DNA of 64,000 bases from Lentisphaeria bacterium (GCA_041690595.1 JAWLHB010000025.1:1-64000); one strand, 5' to 3'; positions 21,225 to 29,921 are shown, counted from the first letter of the stretch. The notes: generated from the sequence alone by a model not told the origin. Numbers and translations: made by a program.

Positions 21225-21301
21225 TCGGTCCCGCAGAGCCACCCATTCGCGTCCGTGTATGTCCGCTCGTCCGTGTTCCCGCAAAACCTCGGTCGAAATA
21301 T
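21225..21301. repeat. Degenerate, shortened copy of the 110-bp repeat unit
   Basis: Shares gcagagccacccattcgcgtccg and caaaacctcggtcgaaatat with 21666-21917. Confidence 0.8.
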
Positions 21302-21303
21302 AC

Positions 21304-21562
21304 CTCACACTTTCAAGGGCCTTCTATGGCCTGTATCCCATGAATTTAAACACGATGATGATGGGTGGTACCGTCAGGGTGGCATGGTAGGGGGGGCCTT
21401 GGGGTGGAGAGAGGGCTCGGGCAACGACCGGCAATTCTGGCTCACACTTCAAGGGCCTTCTATGGCCTGCATCTCATGGGGTTAAACATGATGTGGGCAG
21501 TCAGGGTGACATGGCAGGGGGCCTTTGGGGTAGAGAGGGGCGCGGGGAATCGGCGACCGGCA
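21304..21562. repeat. Imperfect ~137-bp tandem repeat x2, G-rich
   Basis: ctcacact(t)tcaagggccttctatggcctg...gtcagggtg.catgg.agggg...cgaccggca starting at 21304 and 21441. Confidence 0.85.
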
Positions 21563-21665
21563 CCCGGCGATTATACCAGCAGTTCGGTGAGTAGCTCCTG
21601 ACGGAGCCCTCCGATCATGCTTTATAGGCCGTGATGACGGCACCCCTGGCTGGATGTTTGTAGTG

Positions 21666-21917
21666 TCGGTCCGGCAGTGCCACCCATTCGCGTCCGTTTC
21701 GTCCGTTTTGTCCGTTTCGTCCGTGTATGTCCGTGCTTCCCCCCCGACCGATCCCCCAAAACCTCGGTCGAAATATCGGTCTGGCAGAGCCACCCATTCG
21801 CGTCCGTTTCGTCCGTTTTGTCCGTTTCGTCCGTGTATGTCCGTGCTTCCCCCCCGACCGTTCCCCCAAAACCTCGGTCGAAATATCGGTCTGGCAGTGC
21901 CACCCATTCGCGTCCGT
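21666..21917. repeat. 110-bp tandem repeat x2.3 with internal 9-nt gtccgtttY periodicity
   Basis: Units start at 21666, 21776, 21886 and are nearly identical. Confidence 0.95.
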
Positions 21918-22166
21918 CGACGTTGCCTCCGCACCCAACGCACAGGCACGCCACTCGCCCTCCTGGGCACGCCACTCGCCTGAGTGGCTCCGGCGTTCGA
22001 CGTTGCCTCTGCACCAAGGCGCAGGCACGCCACTCGCCTTCCTGGGCACGCCACTCGCCTGAGTGGCTCCGGCGTTGGACGTTGCCTCCGCACCCAACGC
22101 GCAGGCACGCCACTCGCCCTCCTGGGCACGCCACTCGCCTGAGTGGCTCCGGCGTTCGACGTTGCC
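21918..22166. repeat. ~80-bp tandem repeat x3 carrying REP-like hairpin GCCACTC-gcct-GAGTGGC
   Basis: gggcacgccactcgcctgagtggc at 21965, 22044, 22124, each preceded by a half-copy. Confidence 0.95.
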
Positions 22167-22216
22167 CCTTCCCAACCTCCAATCGCCATTCACTTCCCAC
22201 CCCCCCCCTCGCTTCC

Positions 22217-22247
22217 TCTTTGCGCTCTTTGCGTTCTTTGTGGTTAA
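22217..22247. repeat. 9-nt periodic tract (tctttgcgN)n-tggttaa
   Basis: tctttgcgc-tctttgcgt-tctttgtgg-ttaa; sister copy at about 33625-33656. Confidence 0.8.
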
Positions 22248-22658
22248 ACAATCTGCCCTGCCCAACCTCCCATCGCCATTCCCGCGCCCTCCCGCGAACG
22301 CCACTCGCCCGAGTGCCCCTCTCGCCACGCCCCATCCAAAAACCTCGGTCCAATCCTCGGTCCTGCCACCCGACAAATCTGTGTGGCAACGACCTCCAGA
22401 AAACCATACGCCTGCGCCTTTGAAAACATAGTCTGAGTAACTCGCTCTGTCTCCCGATCCCCAAGACATGGTCGCATCTCGCTTCCCTTACGGCGTTAGC
22501 TACCAGAAAAAATACACCCATGAACTATATCACTAATAACTCAAAAGTAAAGTCCAGATAAAAAATATTCATTGCCGCCCGCCTTGTCCACGCAGCATTT
22601 CTCTGCTCCTGAGCGACTAATCTGTCGGCCCTTTGCCTCACTTTTTTGCATAAAGGCG

Positions 22659-22687
22659 TTGCACCGGCGCCCAGGCGGCGCTATAAG
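22659..22687 (+). promoter_or_regulatory. Candidate sigma70 promoter for tRNA-Cys
   Basis: TTGCAC-17 nt-TATAAG about 22 nt upstream of the tRNA. Confidence 0.55.
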
Positions 22688-22709
22688 TATAGCCCTCTTC
22701 GTTTTTAGA

Positions 22710-22783
22710 GGCGTGGTAGCCAAGTGGTTAGGCGTCGGTCTGCAAAACCGATCACATGGGTTCGATTCCCATCCACGCCTCCA
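22710..22783 (+). tRNA. tRNA-Cys (GCA)
   Basis: Acceptor GGCGTGG/CCACGCC, anticodon arm TCGGT-CTGCAAA-ACCGA, GGTTCGATTCC T-arm, encoded CCA. Confidence 0.97.
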
Positions 22784-22905
22784 TTTTTTTGCCCGGATCA
22801 CGCGCCCCGTCCCCGCCGGTCAACCCGATGGCCGCCTTTCCATGTAACCTTTGGCGACGTTCCATGGTATGGGATATATAGTATCCGCTCAAGGGGGAGA
22901 TGGTC

Positions 22906-23439
22906 ATGGACGCATTGGCGAAGCGCAGGCGCATACAGATCGGCAGCATCATCGGCCTGGTGGCGGTGTTGATACTTGCTATTGCCTACAACGCATGGCG
23001 CCCGGCTGAGACCGATGCGGATCGCGTTCGCGCCCTGGGCACGATGATCATCGACACCAGAATGGACCATGCCACGGCGCAGCAGCGGGAAGAGTTTCGC
23101 GAGCAGTGGGAGTCTCTCTCTCCGCAGGCTCGGCAGGAGGTCTTCAACATGGTCGCGCGCCATCGGATCCAGGAGATGCGACAGCAGTTCCATCAGCTCG
23201 ATGCCAACGAGCGGCCGCGGAAGATTCGCGAGACCCTCGACCGCATGCGCGAGCGGCGACAGGCGATGCCCCAGGCCGAACGCGAAGAGGTGCGGGCACG
23301 GCTCAATACCGAAGAAGGACGCATGATGGTGAAAACGGCGATGAACCTCTACCTGAGCGAGTTCACCGCCAGAGAGCGAGCCGAGATGGACCCGCTCATG
23401 CACGAGTGGCTCTTCCAGATCCAGGAGCTGGCACGATGA
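22906..23439 (+). CDS. Single-pass membrane-anchored alpha-helical protein
   Basis: One N-terminal TM, then R/E/Q-rich helical repeats (LSPQARQE, MPQAEREE, FTARERAE); GGAG RBS. Confidence 0.75.
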   Translation: MDALAKRRRIQIGSIIGLVAVLILAIAYNAWRPAETDADRVRALGTMIIDTRMDHATAQQREEFREQWESLSPQARQEVFNMVARHRIQEMRQQFHQLDANERPRKIRETLDRMRERRQAMPQAEREEVRARLNTEEGRMMVKTAMNLYLSEFTARERAEMDPLMHEWLFQIQELAR

Positions 23440-23948
23440 GGCAACGCTTCACCCTGGTCGAGATGCTGGTGGTCATGGCGATTGTCGGGGTGCTTTCCGC
23501 CATCCTCCTTGGTGTCGTCGCCCAGGCGCGCGCCAAGGGACGGCAAAGTGCCTGCCTCGGCCAGTTACGCCAGCTCGGCATCGCCATCCATCTCTATGTC
23601 CAGGATCACGACGACAAGCTGCCCATGGTCGCCCGTCTCGGGCCGGACAGCCTCTACCAGTTGCCCAGTTTGCGCCAGGCACTGGACGGCTACGGCGCCA
23701 CCGCCGAACTCTTCCACTGCCCGGCCGATCACGACGATCTGCCTCTCTTCCAGGATGTCGGCACCAGCTACGAATGGAACACCCTGCTGAGCGGGCGCAA
23801 GATCGATCGCACCACCCTCTCCATCATCGGGATGCAGTTGCGGACGCCGATGCTTGGGGACGCCGAATCCTGGCACCCCAACGACACCCGCAACCTGCTC
23901 TGGCCCGACGGCCATGTGGCGTCATCGCTGGAGGGGCTGATCGAGTGA
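23436..23948 (+). CDS. Short prepilin-type N-terminal cleavage/methylation protein with H-X9/10-DG tail
   Basis: MRQRFTLVEMLVVMAIVGVL, C..QLRQLG.A..LY..D, FHCPAD, H...RNLLWPDGHV; ATGA overlap. Confidence 0.9.
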   Translation: MRQRFTLVEMLVVMAIVGVLSAILLGVVAQARAKGRQSACLGQLRQLGIAIHLYVQDHDDKLPMVARLGPDSLYQLPSLRQALDGYGATAELFHCPADHDDLPLFQDVGTSYEWNTLLSGRKIDRTTLSIIGMQLRTPMLGDAESWHPNDTRNLLWPDGHVASSLEGLIE

Positions 23949-24910
23949 GCGACCCCACCTGCGTGATCAGCGCGCGCCAGGTCACCAAGCGCTATGGCCG
24001 CCAAATCGCTCTCGACGCCTTCGACCTGGATGTCCGCGAAGGCGAGATCTTCGGACTCCTCGGCCCGAACGGCGCCGGCAAAACGACCTTTATCAAGATC
24101 CTGGTCGGGCTCGCCACCCCCAACTCCGGCAGCATCGAGCTTTTCGGGCAGGATCTCTTTGCCCGCCGCCGCCAGGCTGCCCGCCAGTTTGGCGCCGTGG
24201 TCGAAGCCCCGATCTTCTTCGAGTACATGAGCGGCTATGACAACCTGCGCTTCCTGGCCTCGCTGAGCGGCGGCGCCGGCCGGGCCGAAATCGACCGGGT
24301 GCTGAGAATCGTCGGCCTGAAGGATGCCGCCGCGAAAGTGGTCAAGGCATACTCCTATGGCATGAAACAGCGACTCGGCATCGCCCAGGCCCTCCTCCCC
24401 CGCAATCGCTTTCTGATCCTCGACGAACCCACCAACGGCCTCGATCCACACGGCATTGCCGGCGTGCGCGATCTCATCCGGGTCCTGGTGCGCGACTACG
24501 GCATTACCGTCTTCCTGTCGAGTCACTTGCTGACCGAGGTCGAGCAGATCTGCGACCGCGTCTCGATCATCGATCATGGCCGCACCGTTCTGGAAGGCTC
24601 CATCACCGCACTGAAAGCGGCAGAGACGATCGTGGTGGTGCGCGTGCGGGTCACCGAGGGCGCCATCGCCCTGCTCGAAGCGCTGCAGCCCATGCTCTTG
24701 CAGCCTGAACACGAGATCATCGAAGCCCACTTTTCCTGCCTCGACTCGGATATCCCGGACCTCGTCCGCTCTCTGGTGCAGGGTGGGGCGCAGCTTCTCG
24801 AAGTGCGGCGGCGCGAACGCACCCTCGAAGACATCTTTCTCAAGCACACCCTGGGTTCCGATCCCGTCGACGCGCGCCACCTGCGGGACGAGGAGACATC
24901 CCCCTCATGA
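23945..24910 (+). CDS. ABC transporter ATP-binding protein (BcrA/ABC-2 type)
   Basis: GPNGAGKT, YSYGMKQR, LILDEPTNGLD, SSHLL; GTGA overlap. Confidence 0.95.
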   Translation: MSDPTCVISARQVTKRYGRQIALDAFDLDVREGEIFGLLGPNGAGKTTFIKILVGLATPNSGSIELFGQDLFARRRQAARQFGAVVEAPIFFEYMSGYDNLRFLASLSGGAGRAEIDRVLRIVGLKDAAAKVVKAYSYGMKQRLGIAQALLPRNRFLILDEPTNGLDPHGIAGVRDLIRVLVRDYGITVFLSSHLLTEVEQICDRVSIIDHGRTVLEGSITALKAAETIVVVRVRVTEGAIALLEALQPMLLQPEHEIIEAHFSCLDSDIPDLVRSLVQGGAQLLEVRRRERTLEDIFLKHTLGSDPVDARHLRDEETSPS

Positions 24911-25746
24911 TTGCCCTCATCCATTTCGAGATCAGGAAGCTGCTGGCCGAACGCAAGAGCCTGCTCGGGCTGGTCAACATCGTGATCATCAATGTCCTCT
25001 TCTCGCTGGCCTTCTATCTGCGCAACCGCAGCCACGCCGATCGCCCCCACCACCTGGACCAAAGCGTTCTGGTGGGCGAGCTGGTCAACGCCTACATGTA
25101 TACTCTGGGCATCCTCGCACCCTGCGTCTTCATGCTCTTCCCCATGGTCCTTTCAGTCATGGGCGCCTTCATCCTGGCCGGCGAGATCGAGAATGGCAGC
25201 ATCCGCATGATGCTCTTTCGGCCGGTGGCGCGCTGGCAGCTCCTCGTGGGTAAATTCGTGGCGCTGAGCGCCTACTCGATGGTGATGCTCCTTCTCCTGG
25301 GCGTGCTCAGCTATCTGGCCGCGCTGCTGCAGTTCGACCCGAGCGGCAAGGTGCTGGTCCCGGGCCCCATGTTCATGCTGCGCAATTCGCACCTTCTGAT
25401 GCCGGATCAGGCGTTGCCGCGCATCTTTCTGGCCTACACCCTGGCCCTGCCGATGCTCATGAGCGTCTCGGCGATGTCGCTGATGCTGGCGCTCGTCATG
25501 CGCCACTTCACCTCCGCCACCATCCTCACCTCGACCGTCTACTTCGCCAGCTACATCATCGGCAGCCTGCCCATGCTCTCCGGTATTCATCCTTATCTCC
25601 CGACCCGCTACTGGCCCTTCTGGAAGTTCGCCCTCATGGAGCAGATCCCCTGGGACACCATCGTTCAGTACGGTTGCTGGACCGGTGTCTACACCCTCGT
25701 CTTTCTGGGCCTTGGCTGCGCGCTCTTCAGCATGAAGGACGTCTGA
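24907..25746 (+). CDS. ABC-2 type transporter permease
   Basis: About 6 TM; AGEIENGSIR...PVARWQLLVGKF; C-terminal KDV. Confidence 0.92.
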   Translation: MIALIHFEIRKLLAERKSLLGLVNIVIINVLFSLAFYLRNRSHADRPHHLDQSVLVGELVNAYMYTLGILAPCVFMLFPMVLSVMGAFILAGEIENGSIRMMLFRPVARWQLLVGKFVALSAYSMVMLLLLGVLSYLAALLQFDPSGKVLVPGPMFMLRNSHLLMPDQALPRIFLAYTLALPMLMSVSAMSLMLALVMRHFTSATILTSTVYFASYIIGSLPMLSGIHPYLPTRYWPFWKFALMEQIPWDTIVQYGCWTGVYTLVFLGLGCALFSMKDV

Positions 25747-25765
25747 CCGGCCGGGATACACGAGC

Positions 25766-25793
25766 TTGACTTCCGGGGTAGGGCGGGTAGTGT
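25766..25793 (+). promoter_or_regulatory. Candidate sigma70 promoter for the helicase-nuclease pair, possibly a near-leaderless transcript
   Basis: TTGACT-16 nt-TAGTGT ending 8 nt before ATG 25802. Confidence 0.4.
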
Positions 25794-25801
25794 CAGGACG
25801 C

Positions 25802-27175
25802 ATGGTGACGATCGATTTTCAACATGGTACTCTCGTACTCGACGCGACCGAAGAGGAGATGGAGCCCCTGGCGGAGTTCTGCACCTGGGATCCCCGCGTG
25901 AAGCGTTTTCGCGCGGAAGCTCGCCACTACGCCCCCATCGTCACATTCCTCCATGCCAGCGGCGCCGCCTACGATGATCGTGCCCGCGCCTTCGACCCGC
26001 TTGACCTCTCCTTTCAGACGCCACTGACCCCGCGCCCGTATCAGCTGGAGGCCTTGCGCGCCTGGCAGCAGGCCGACCGCCAGGGCGTCGTCGTGCTTCC
26101 CACCGGTACCGGCAAATCCTTTCTCGCCCAGTTGGCCATTGCCGCCACCAAGCGTCCCACCCTGATCGTAGCCCCCACCATCGACCTCATGCAGCAGTGG
26201 GCAAGCCAGCTCGAGCCGGCCTTCGGCGTCCAGGTCGGCATGCTCGGCGGCGGCAGCAAGGATGTCCTGCCGATCACGGCCTCCACTTACGATTCCGCCG
26301 CCATGTTGATGGAGTTCATCGGGAACCGCTTCGGCCTCCTCATCGTGGACGAGGCGCACCACCTGCCGGGCCCCAGCTACCGCCAGATCGCTACCATGTC
26401 CATCGCCCCCTTCCGACTCGGGCTCACGGCCACCCCCGAACGCGACGACGGCGGCCACTCGGTCATCTACGACCTGGTCGGCGATATCTGCTACCAGATG
26501 CATATCGACGAGGTGGAGGGATCCGTCCTCGCTCCCTACCGCACGGAACGCCTGGAACTGGAACTCGATGATGACGAGGCGGAGGCCTATCAGCGGGAGC
26601 GTGCCATCTACGTCGATTTCATCCGCGCCAACAACATCAACTTCAGTGGTCCGGGGGGGTGGACGCAGTTTGTGGCCCTGGCGGCCCGCCTCGCCGGCGG
26701 GCGGCGGGCCTTTCAGGCCTACCTCGCCCAGAAGCGCATCGCGCGCACCTCCCGCGCCAAGTTCCGCACCATCTGGGAGCTTTTGCGCCAGCACGCCGGC
26801 GAACGCGCCCTCATCTTCACGGCCGACAACGATACCGCGTATGCCATCGGCCGGCGCTTCCTCCTGCCGGTGCTGACCCACCATACCAAGGCCAGAGAGC
26901 GCAAGGACTTCCTCGACGGCTTTCGGGCCGGCACCTTCCCCGTTCTGGTGACCAGCAAGGTCCTCAACGAAGGCATCGACGTCCCGGAAGCGAGCCTTGG
27001 CATCATTGTCTCCGGCAGCGGCAGCACCCGCGAGCACGTTCAGCGCCTTGGCAGAATCCTGCGTCCCGTTGCCGGCAAGCAGGCCATGCTCTACGAACTG
27101 GTCAGCATGGGCACCAGCGAGTTCTACGTCAGCGATCGAAGGAGGCAGCATCGTGCTTACCAAAGATCTCGTTAG
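25802..27175 (+). CDS. XPB/Ssl2-like SF2 DEAH helicase
   Basis: RPYQLEA, LPTGTGKS, VDEAHH, LGLTATPER, LNEGIDVPEA, QRLGRILR. Confidence 0.93.
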   Translation: MVTIDFQHGTLVLDATEEEMEPLAEFCTWDPRVKRFRAEARHYAPIVTFLHASGAAYDDRARAFDPLDLSFQTPLTPRPYQLEALRAWQQADRQGVVVLPTGTGKSFLAQLAIAATKRPTLIVAPTIDLMQQWASQLEPAFGVQVGMLGGGSKDVLPITASTYDSAAMLMEFIGNRFGLLIVDEAHHLPGPSYRQIATMSIAPFRLGLTATPERDDGGHSVIYDLVGDICYQMHIDEVEGSVLAPYRTERLELELDDDEAEAYQRERAIYVDFIRANNINFSGPGGWTQFVALAARLAGGRRAFQAYLAQKRIARTSRAKFRTIWELLRQHAGERALIFTADNDTAYAIGRRFLLPVLTHHTKARERKDFLDGFRAGTFPVLVTSKVLNEGIDVPEASLGIIVSGSGSTREHVQRLGRILRPVAGKQAMLYELVSMGTSEFYVSDRRRQHRAYQRSR

Positions 27176-28397
27176 GGCAAGTGTCGTTCGGGGCTACCTC
27201 AAGCCACAGTTCGTCGATACGACCCAGGCCGGCCTGCTGGCTCTGGCGGAGCAGTTGCTCACCCTCTACGAACAGGAGCGTCCCACGCGGGGGGAGATCG
27301 ACGACGCGGTCAGTCCGCTGGTCAATGCGCAGAGCGACGTCCGCCTCGCCAAGGGACTCAACAAGCTCCTCCAGGATCGCAGCGACTTCAGCCATGCCTG
27401 CGACCTGGACTATCACCGTTTGCGCCGCGAACTCTTTACCGCCGGAGCGGCAAAGCTGACCAGCCCGGGGGAACTGGAGTACGAGGCGTACGCCGAGGAT
27501 GTCTTGGCCAGCCTCTCCTTGCCCCCCGAGTTTGTCGAGCGGGGGATCTACGCGGATCTGCCGGAGAACGAGGAGCTCATTCGCTTCCGTTCCCTCTCCG
27601 CGGAACAACTGCTGCAGCGGTACAACGTCGCTCTCGTCCAGGCGCTGCTGCTGCGAGCGGACAAGCTGGAGTTGATCGTCGAGTCGCCGGAACCGGCCAG
27701 GATGCGGCGTCTCTTCAAGTACCTCAAGTTCTTCCGGCTGTTGGGGCGTCTCTTTCGTCATGATGAGAAGGAGAACACCATCCGTCTCGACGTGGACGGC
27801 CCCGCCAGCATCCTCGAGCAAAGCCGCAAGTACGGTATGCAGCTGGCTTCCTTCTTTCCGGCCGTCTGTTCCCTCGACAAGTGGCAACTGAAGACGACGG
27901 TGGAGTGGAAGGATCGGCGGCGCGAGCTGCGGCTCGGCGATGCCCAGGGGCTCGTCTCCCACTATCGCAACTTCAGTGCTTACGTGCCGGAAGAGATTCG
28001 CCTCTTTCACGGCTATTTCCAAGGAAGCGTGGAGCACTGGGCCATCGTCGGCGAGACCCCTTTCCTCGATGGCGGCAACCAGGAACTCATCTTCCCCGAT
28101 CTGAGCTTCCGCCATGAATCCGGCGGCGTGCTCCACCTCGAACTCTTCCATCGTTGGCATGCCGGTCAGCTCCAGGCGCGCCTGGAATATGGCGAGGCCC
28201 ATCCCCAGATCCCTCTCATCATCGGTGTCGACCGTTTCCTGACCAACGATCCCGGCATGGCTGCGCAGTTGGAGTCAAGCCCATGGTTTCAGAGCCATGG
28301 CTTTCTCTTCCGCGACTATCCCACCGCCAATCGCGTCGTCGCCACCCTCGATTCCGTCCTCTCCACCGCCCGCTCCCCGGGCACGCCACTCGCCTGA
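27153..28397 (+). CDS. DUF790 / Bax1-like endonuclease
   Basis: LTKDL start (GTG), IYADL, LLQRYNVALVQALL, LFKYLKFFRL, DGPASI...KYG.QLA.FFPA, IFPD; overlaps helicase end. Confidence 0.88.
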   Translation: MLTKDLVRASVVRGYLKPQFVDTTQAGLLALAEQLLTLYEQERPTRGEIDDAVSPLVNAQSDVRLAKGLNKLLQDRSDFSHACDLDYHRLRRELFTAGAAKLTSPGELEYEAYAEDVLASLSLPPEFVERGIYADLPENEELIRFRSLSAEQLLQRYNVALVQALLLRADKLELIVESPEPARMRRLFKYLKFFRLLGRLFRHDEKENTIRLDVDGPASILEQSRKYGMQLASFFPAVCSLDKWQLKTTVEWKDRRRELRLGDAQGLVSHYRNFSAYVPEEIRLFHGYFQGSVEHWAIVGETPFLDGGNQELIFPDLSFRHESGGVLHLELFHRWHAGQLQARLEYGEAHPQIPLIIGVDRFLTNDPGMAAQLESSPWFQSHGFLFRDYPTANRVVATLDSVLSTARSPGTPLA

Positions 28398-28650
28398 GTG
28401 GCCGCCCCCTGGGCACGCCACTCTCCTGAGTGGCCCCGGCGTTGTTCGTTGCCCCTTCCCCAACCTCAATCACCCCTCCCGCGCTCCCTGGGCACGCCAC
28501 TCTCCTGAGTGGCACCGGCGTTCGCCGTTGCCCCTTCCCCAACCTCCATCACCCCTCCCGCGCCCCGCCGTCCGCCCCCTGGGCACGCCACTCTCCTGAG
28601 TGGCCCCGGCGTTCGCCGTTGCCACTTCCCCAACCTCAATCACCCCTCAC
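28379..28650. repeat. Cluster of four REP-like hairpins (gggcacGCCACTC-N4-GAGTGGC), three in ~80-90-bp units
   Basis: Copies at 28379, 28411, 28490, 28581; same family and same tail (cgttgccccttcc(c)aacctc) as 21918-22180. Confidence 0.95.
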
Positions 28651-28687
28651 TCGCCCCGTCCGACCCCGTCCGACCCCGCATATCATC

Positions 28688-29104
28688 TCACAGCACAGGC
28701 GGCTTCGGCGGAGGCCCTTGTGGGACAAAGGGCGCCACAAAGGCATCATCGAAGGTGTAGGCATCTTCGAAATCGGTAATGGCGTCGCTTTCGCGGGCAC
28801 CGAGAAGGTGCGCACCGACCATGTTGAAGACAATGTCGCCGAAGTCGCGGGTCTTGTAGATTCCCCAGTCGTTGAAGACCGTTTTGGCCAGCGGGCCAAA
28901 CTCCTCCAGCGCATACTCCCGAATTCCCTGGAGCAGCTCATGGCCGTCGATATGACGGCTCTTCCGCTCGCTCTTCTCCCGGTTCATCCGTTCCTGAGTG
29001 AAAAGCACCGCCGATTGCACGAAGGTATAGGCCGCCAGGGCATAGCGATTGTCACGCCGGCAGATCTGGCGAAGTCGGTCACGAATCTCTTCTTCACTGT
29101 TCAT
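28688..29104 (-). CDS. Verrucomicrobia/Planctomycetes-restricted conserved protein (TIGR04138/Minf_1886 type)
   Basis: D.RY...AY.FV, RHIDG.ELL.G....A..EFGPLA..V...WGI..T.DFG.IVFNMV. Confidence 0.88.
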   Translation of the reverse strand: MNSEEEIRDRLRQICRRDNRYALAAYTFVQSAVLFTQERMNREKSERKSRHIDGHELLQGIREYALEEFGPLAKTVFNDWGIYKTRDFGDIVFNMVGAHLLGARESDAITDFEDAYTFDDAFVAPFVPQGPPPKPPVL

Positions 29105-29529
29105 GGCGTCTCTTGCCCCAGGCGACGAATCACCTTGTCGGCAATGGCCTGCCTGGTGGCATCGTCCGTCTGGCCGGCTCGCCAGCCCCAGGAAAAGCCG
29201 TCGGCCGGGCTGCGTGGAATGACGTGCAGGTGGGTGTGCATCACCACCTGACCGGCAACTTCACCATTTGCCAGGAAGAGGTTGAAGCCGGCCACCCCAT
29301 CGATCGACCGCAGCAGGGCCTGCCCAAGGCGCGGGGCCAGGCTCATCATGCGTTCAAGCACCTCCGGCGGTACCGTCGTGAGGCTGTTATGATGCTTCCG
29401 GGGGATGATCAGCGTATGACCGGGATGTATCGGGGCAATATCGAGAAAGGCGAGAACCAGTTCGTCAGCATAAAGCTGAACGCATGGTTGCTCGCCTGAA
29501 ACGATCTTGCAGAAAACGCAGGAGTGCAT
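29101..29529 (-). CDS. HIT family nucleotide hydrolase
   Basis: CVFCKI, AFLDI.P..PGHTLIIP, AGQVVMHTHLHVIPR. Confidence 0.95.
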   Translation of the reverse strand: MHSCVFCKIVSGEQPCVQLYADELVLAFLDIAPIHPGHTLIIPRKHHNSLTTVPPEVLERMMSLAPRLGQALLRSIDGVAGFNLFLANGEVAGQVVMHTHLHVIPRSPADGFSWGWRAGQTDDATRQAIADKVIRRLGQETP

Positions 29530-29543
29530 GACGGAGGCCGTAC

Positions 29544-29921
29544 TTATTCGGCGCTCTCGGCTTCCACTCCTTCCGTCTCGCTCGCCGCCGCACCCGTGAG
29601 GCTCTTCCCGTCGATGATGAAATCGACGATGCGAAGCTTCGTCAGTTCCTGACGGTGCCCCTGACGACGATGCAGCCCTTTGCGGCGCTTCATCTTGAAG
29701 ACGATGATCTTCTTGCCGCGCAGGTGATCCTCGATCTCGGCTACGACCTGTGCATTGGTCACCAGCGGGGTGCCAACCTGAATCTTCTCGTCGTCATGGA
29801 TGGCGAGGACCTGGCCGATTTCGATCTGAGAGGCGGGGTCGGCATCGAGACGCTCGACTTGGATGACGTCGCCGGGAGAGACGCGGAATTGCTTGCCGCC
29901 AGTTTCAATGATAGCGTACAT
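29544..29921 (-). CDS. rplU: 50S ribosomal protein L21
   Basis: MYAIIETGGKQFRV, KIIVFKMKRRK, GHRQELT. Confidence 0.98.
   Translation of the reverse strand: MYAIIETGGKQFRVSPGDVIQVERLDADPASQIEIGQVLAIHDDEKIQVGTPLVTNAQVVAEIEDHLRGKKIIVFKMKRRKGLHRRQGHRQELTKLRIVDFIIDGKSLTGAAASETEGVEAESAE

Noticed and set aside
21666..22166. CRISPR array
   Set aside because: Units are 80-110 bp and repeat almost entirely, with no unique spacers; no cas genes in the window.
21114..22521. ORFs of 64-299 aa on both strands in the repeat region
   Set aside because: They are translations of tandem repeats, open in several frames at once, with no recognisable family or RBS.
28379..28650. CRISPR array
   Set aside because: The sequences between hairpins are near-identical to each other, which fits a REP/BIME-like cluster.
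28430..29251. 273-aa + strand ORF spanning the REP cluster
   Set aside because: Its N-terminus is repeat-derived and the rest is antisense to the TIGR04138-like and HIT genes.
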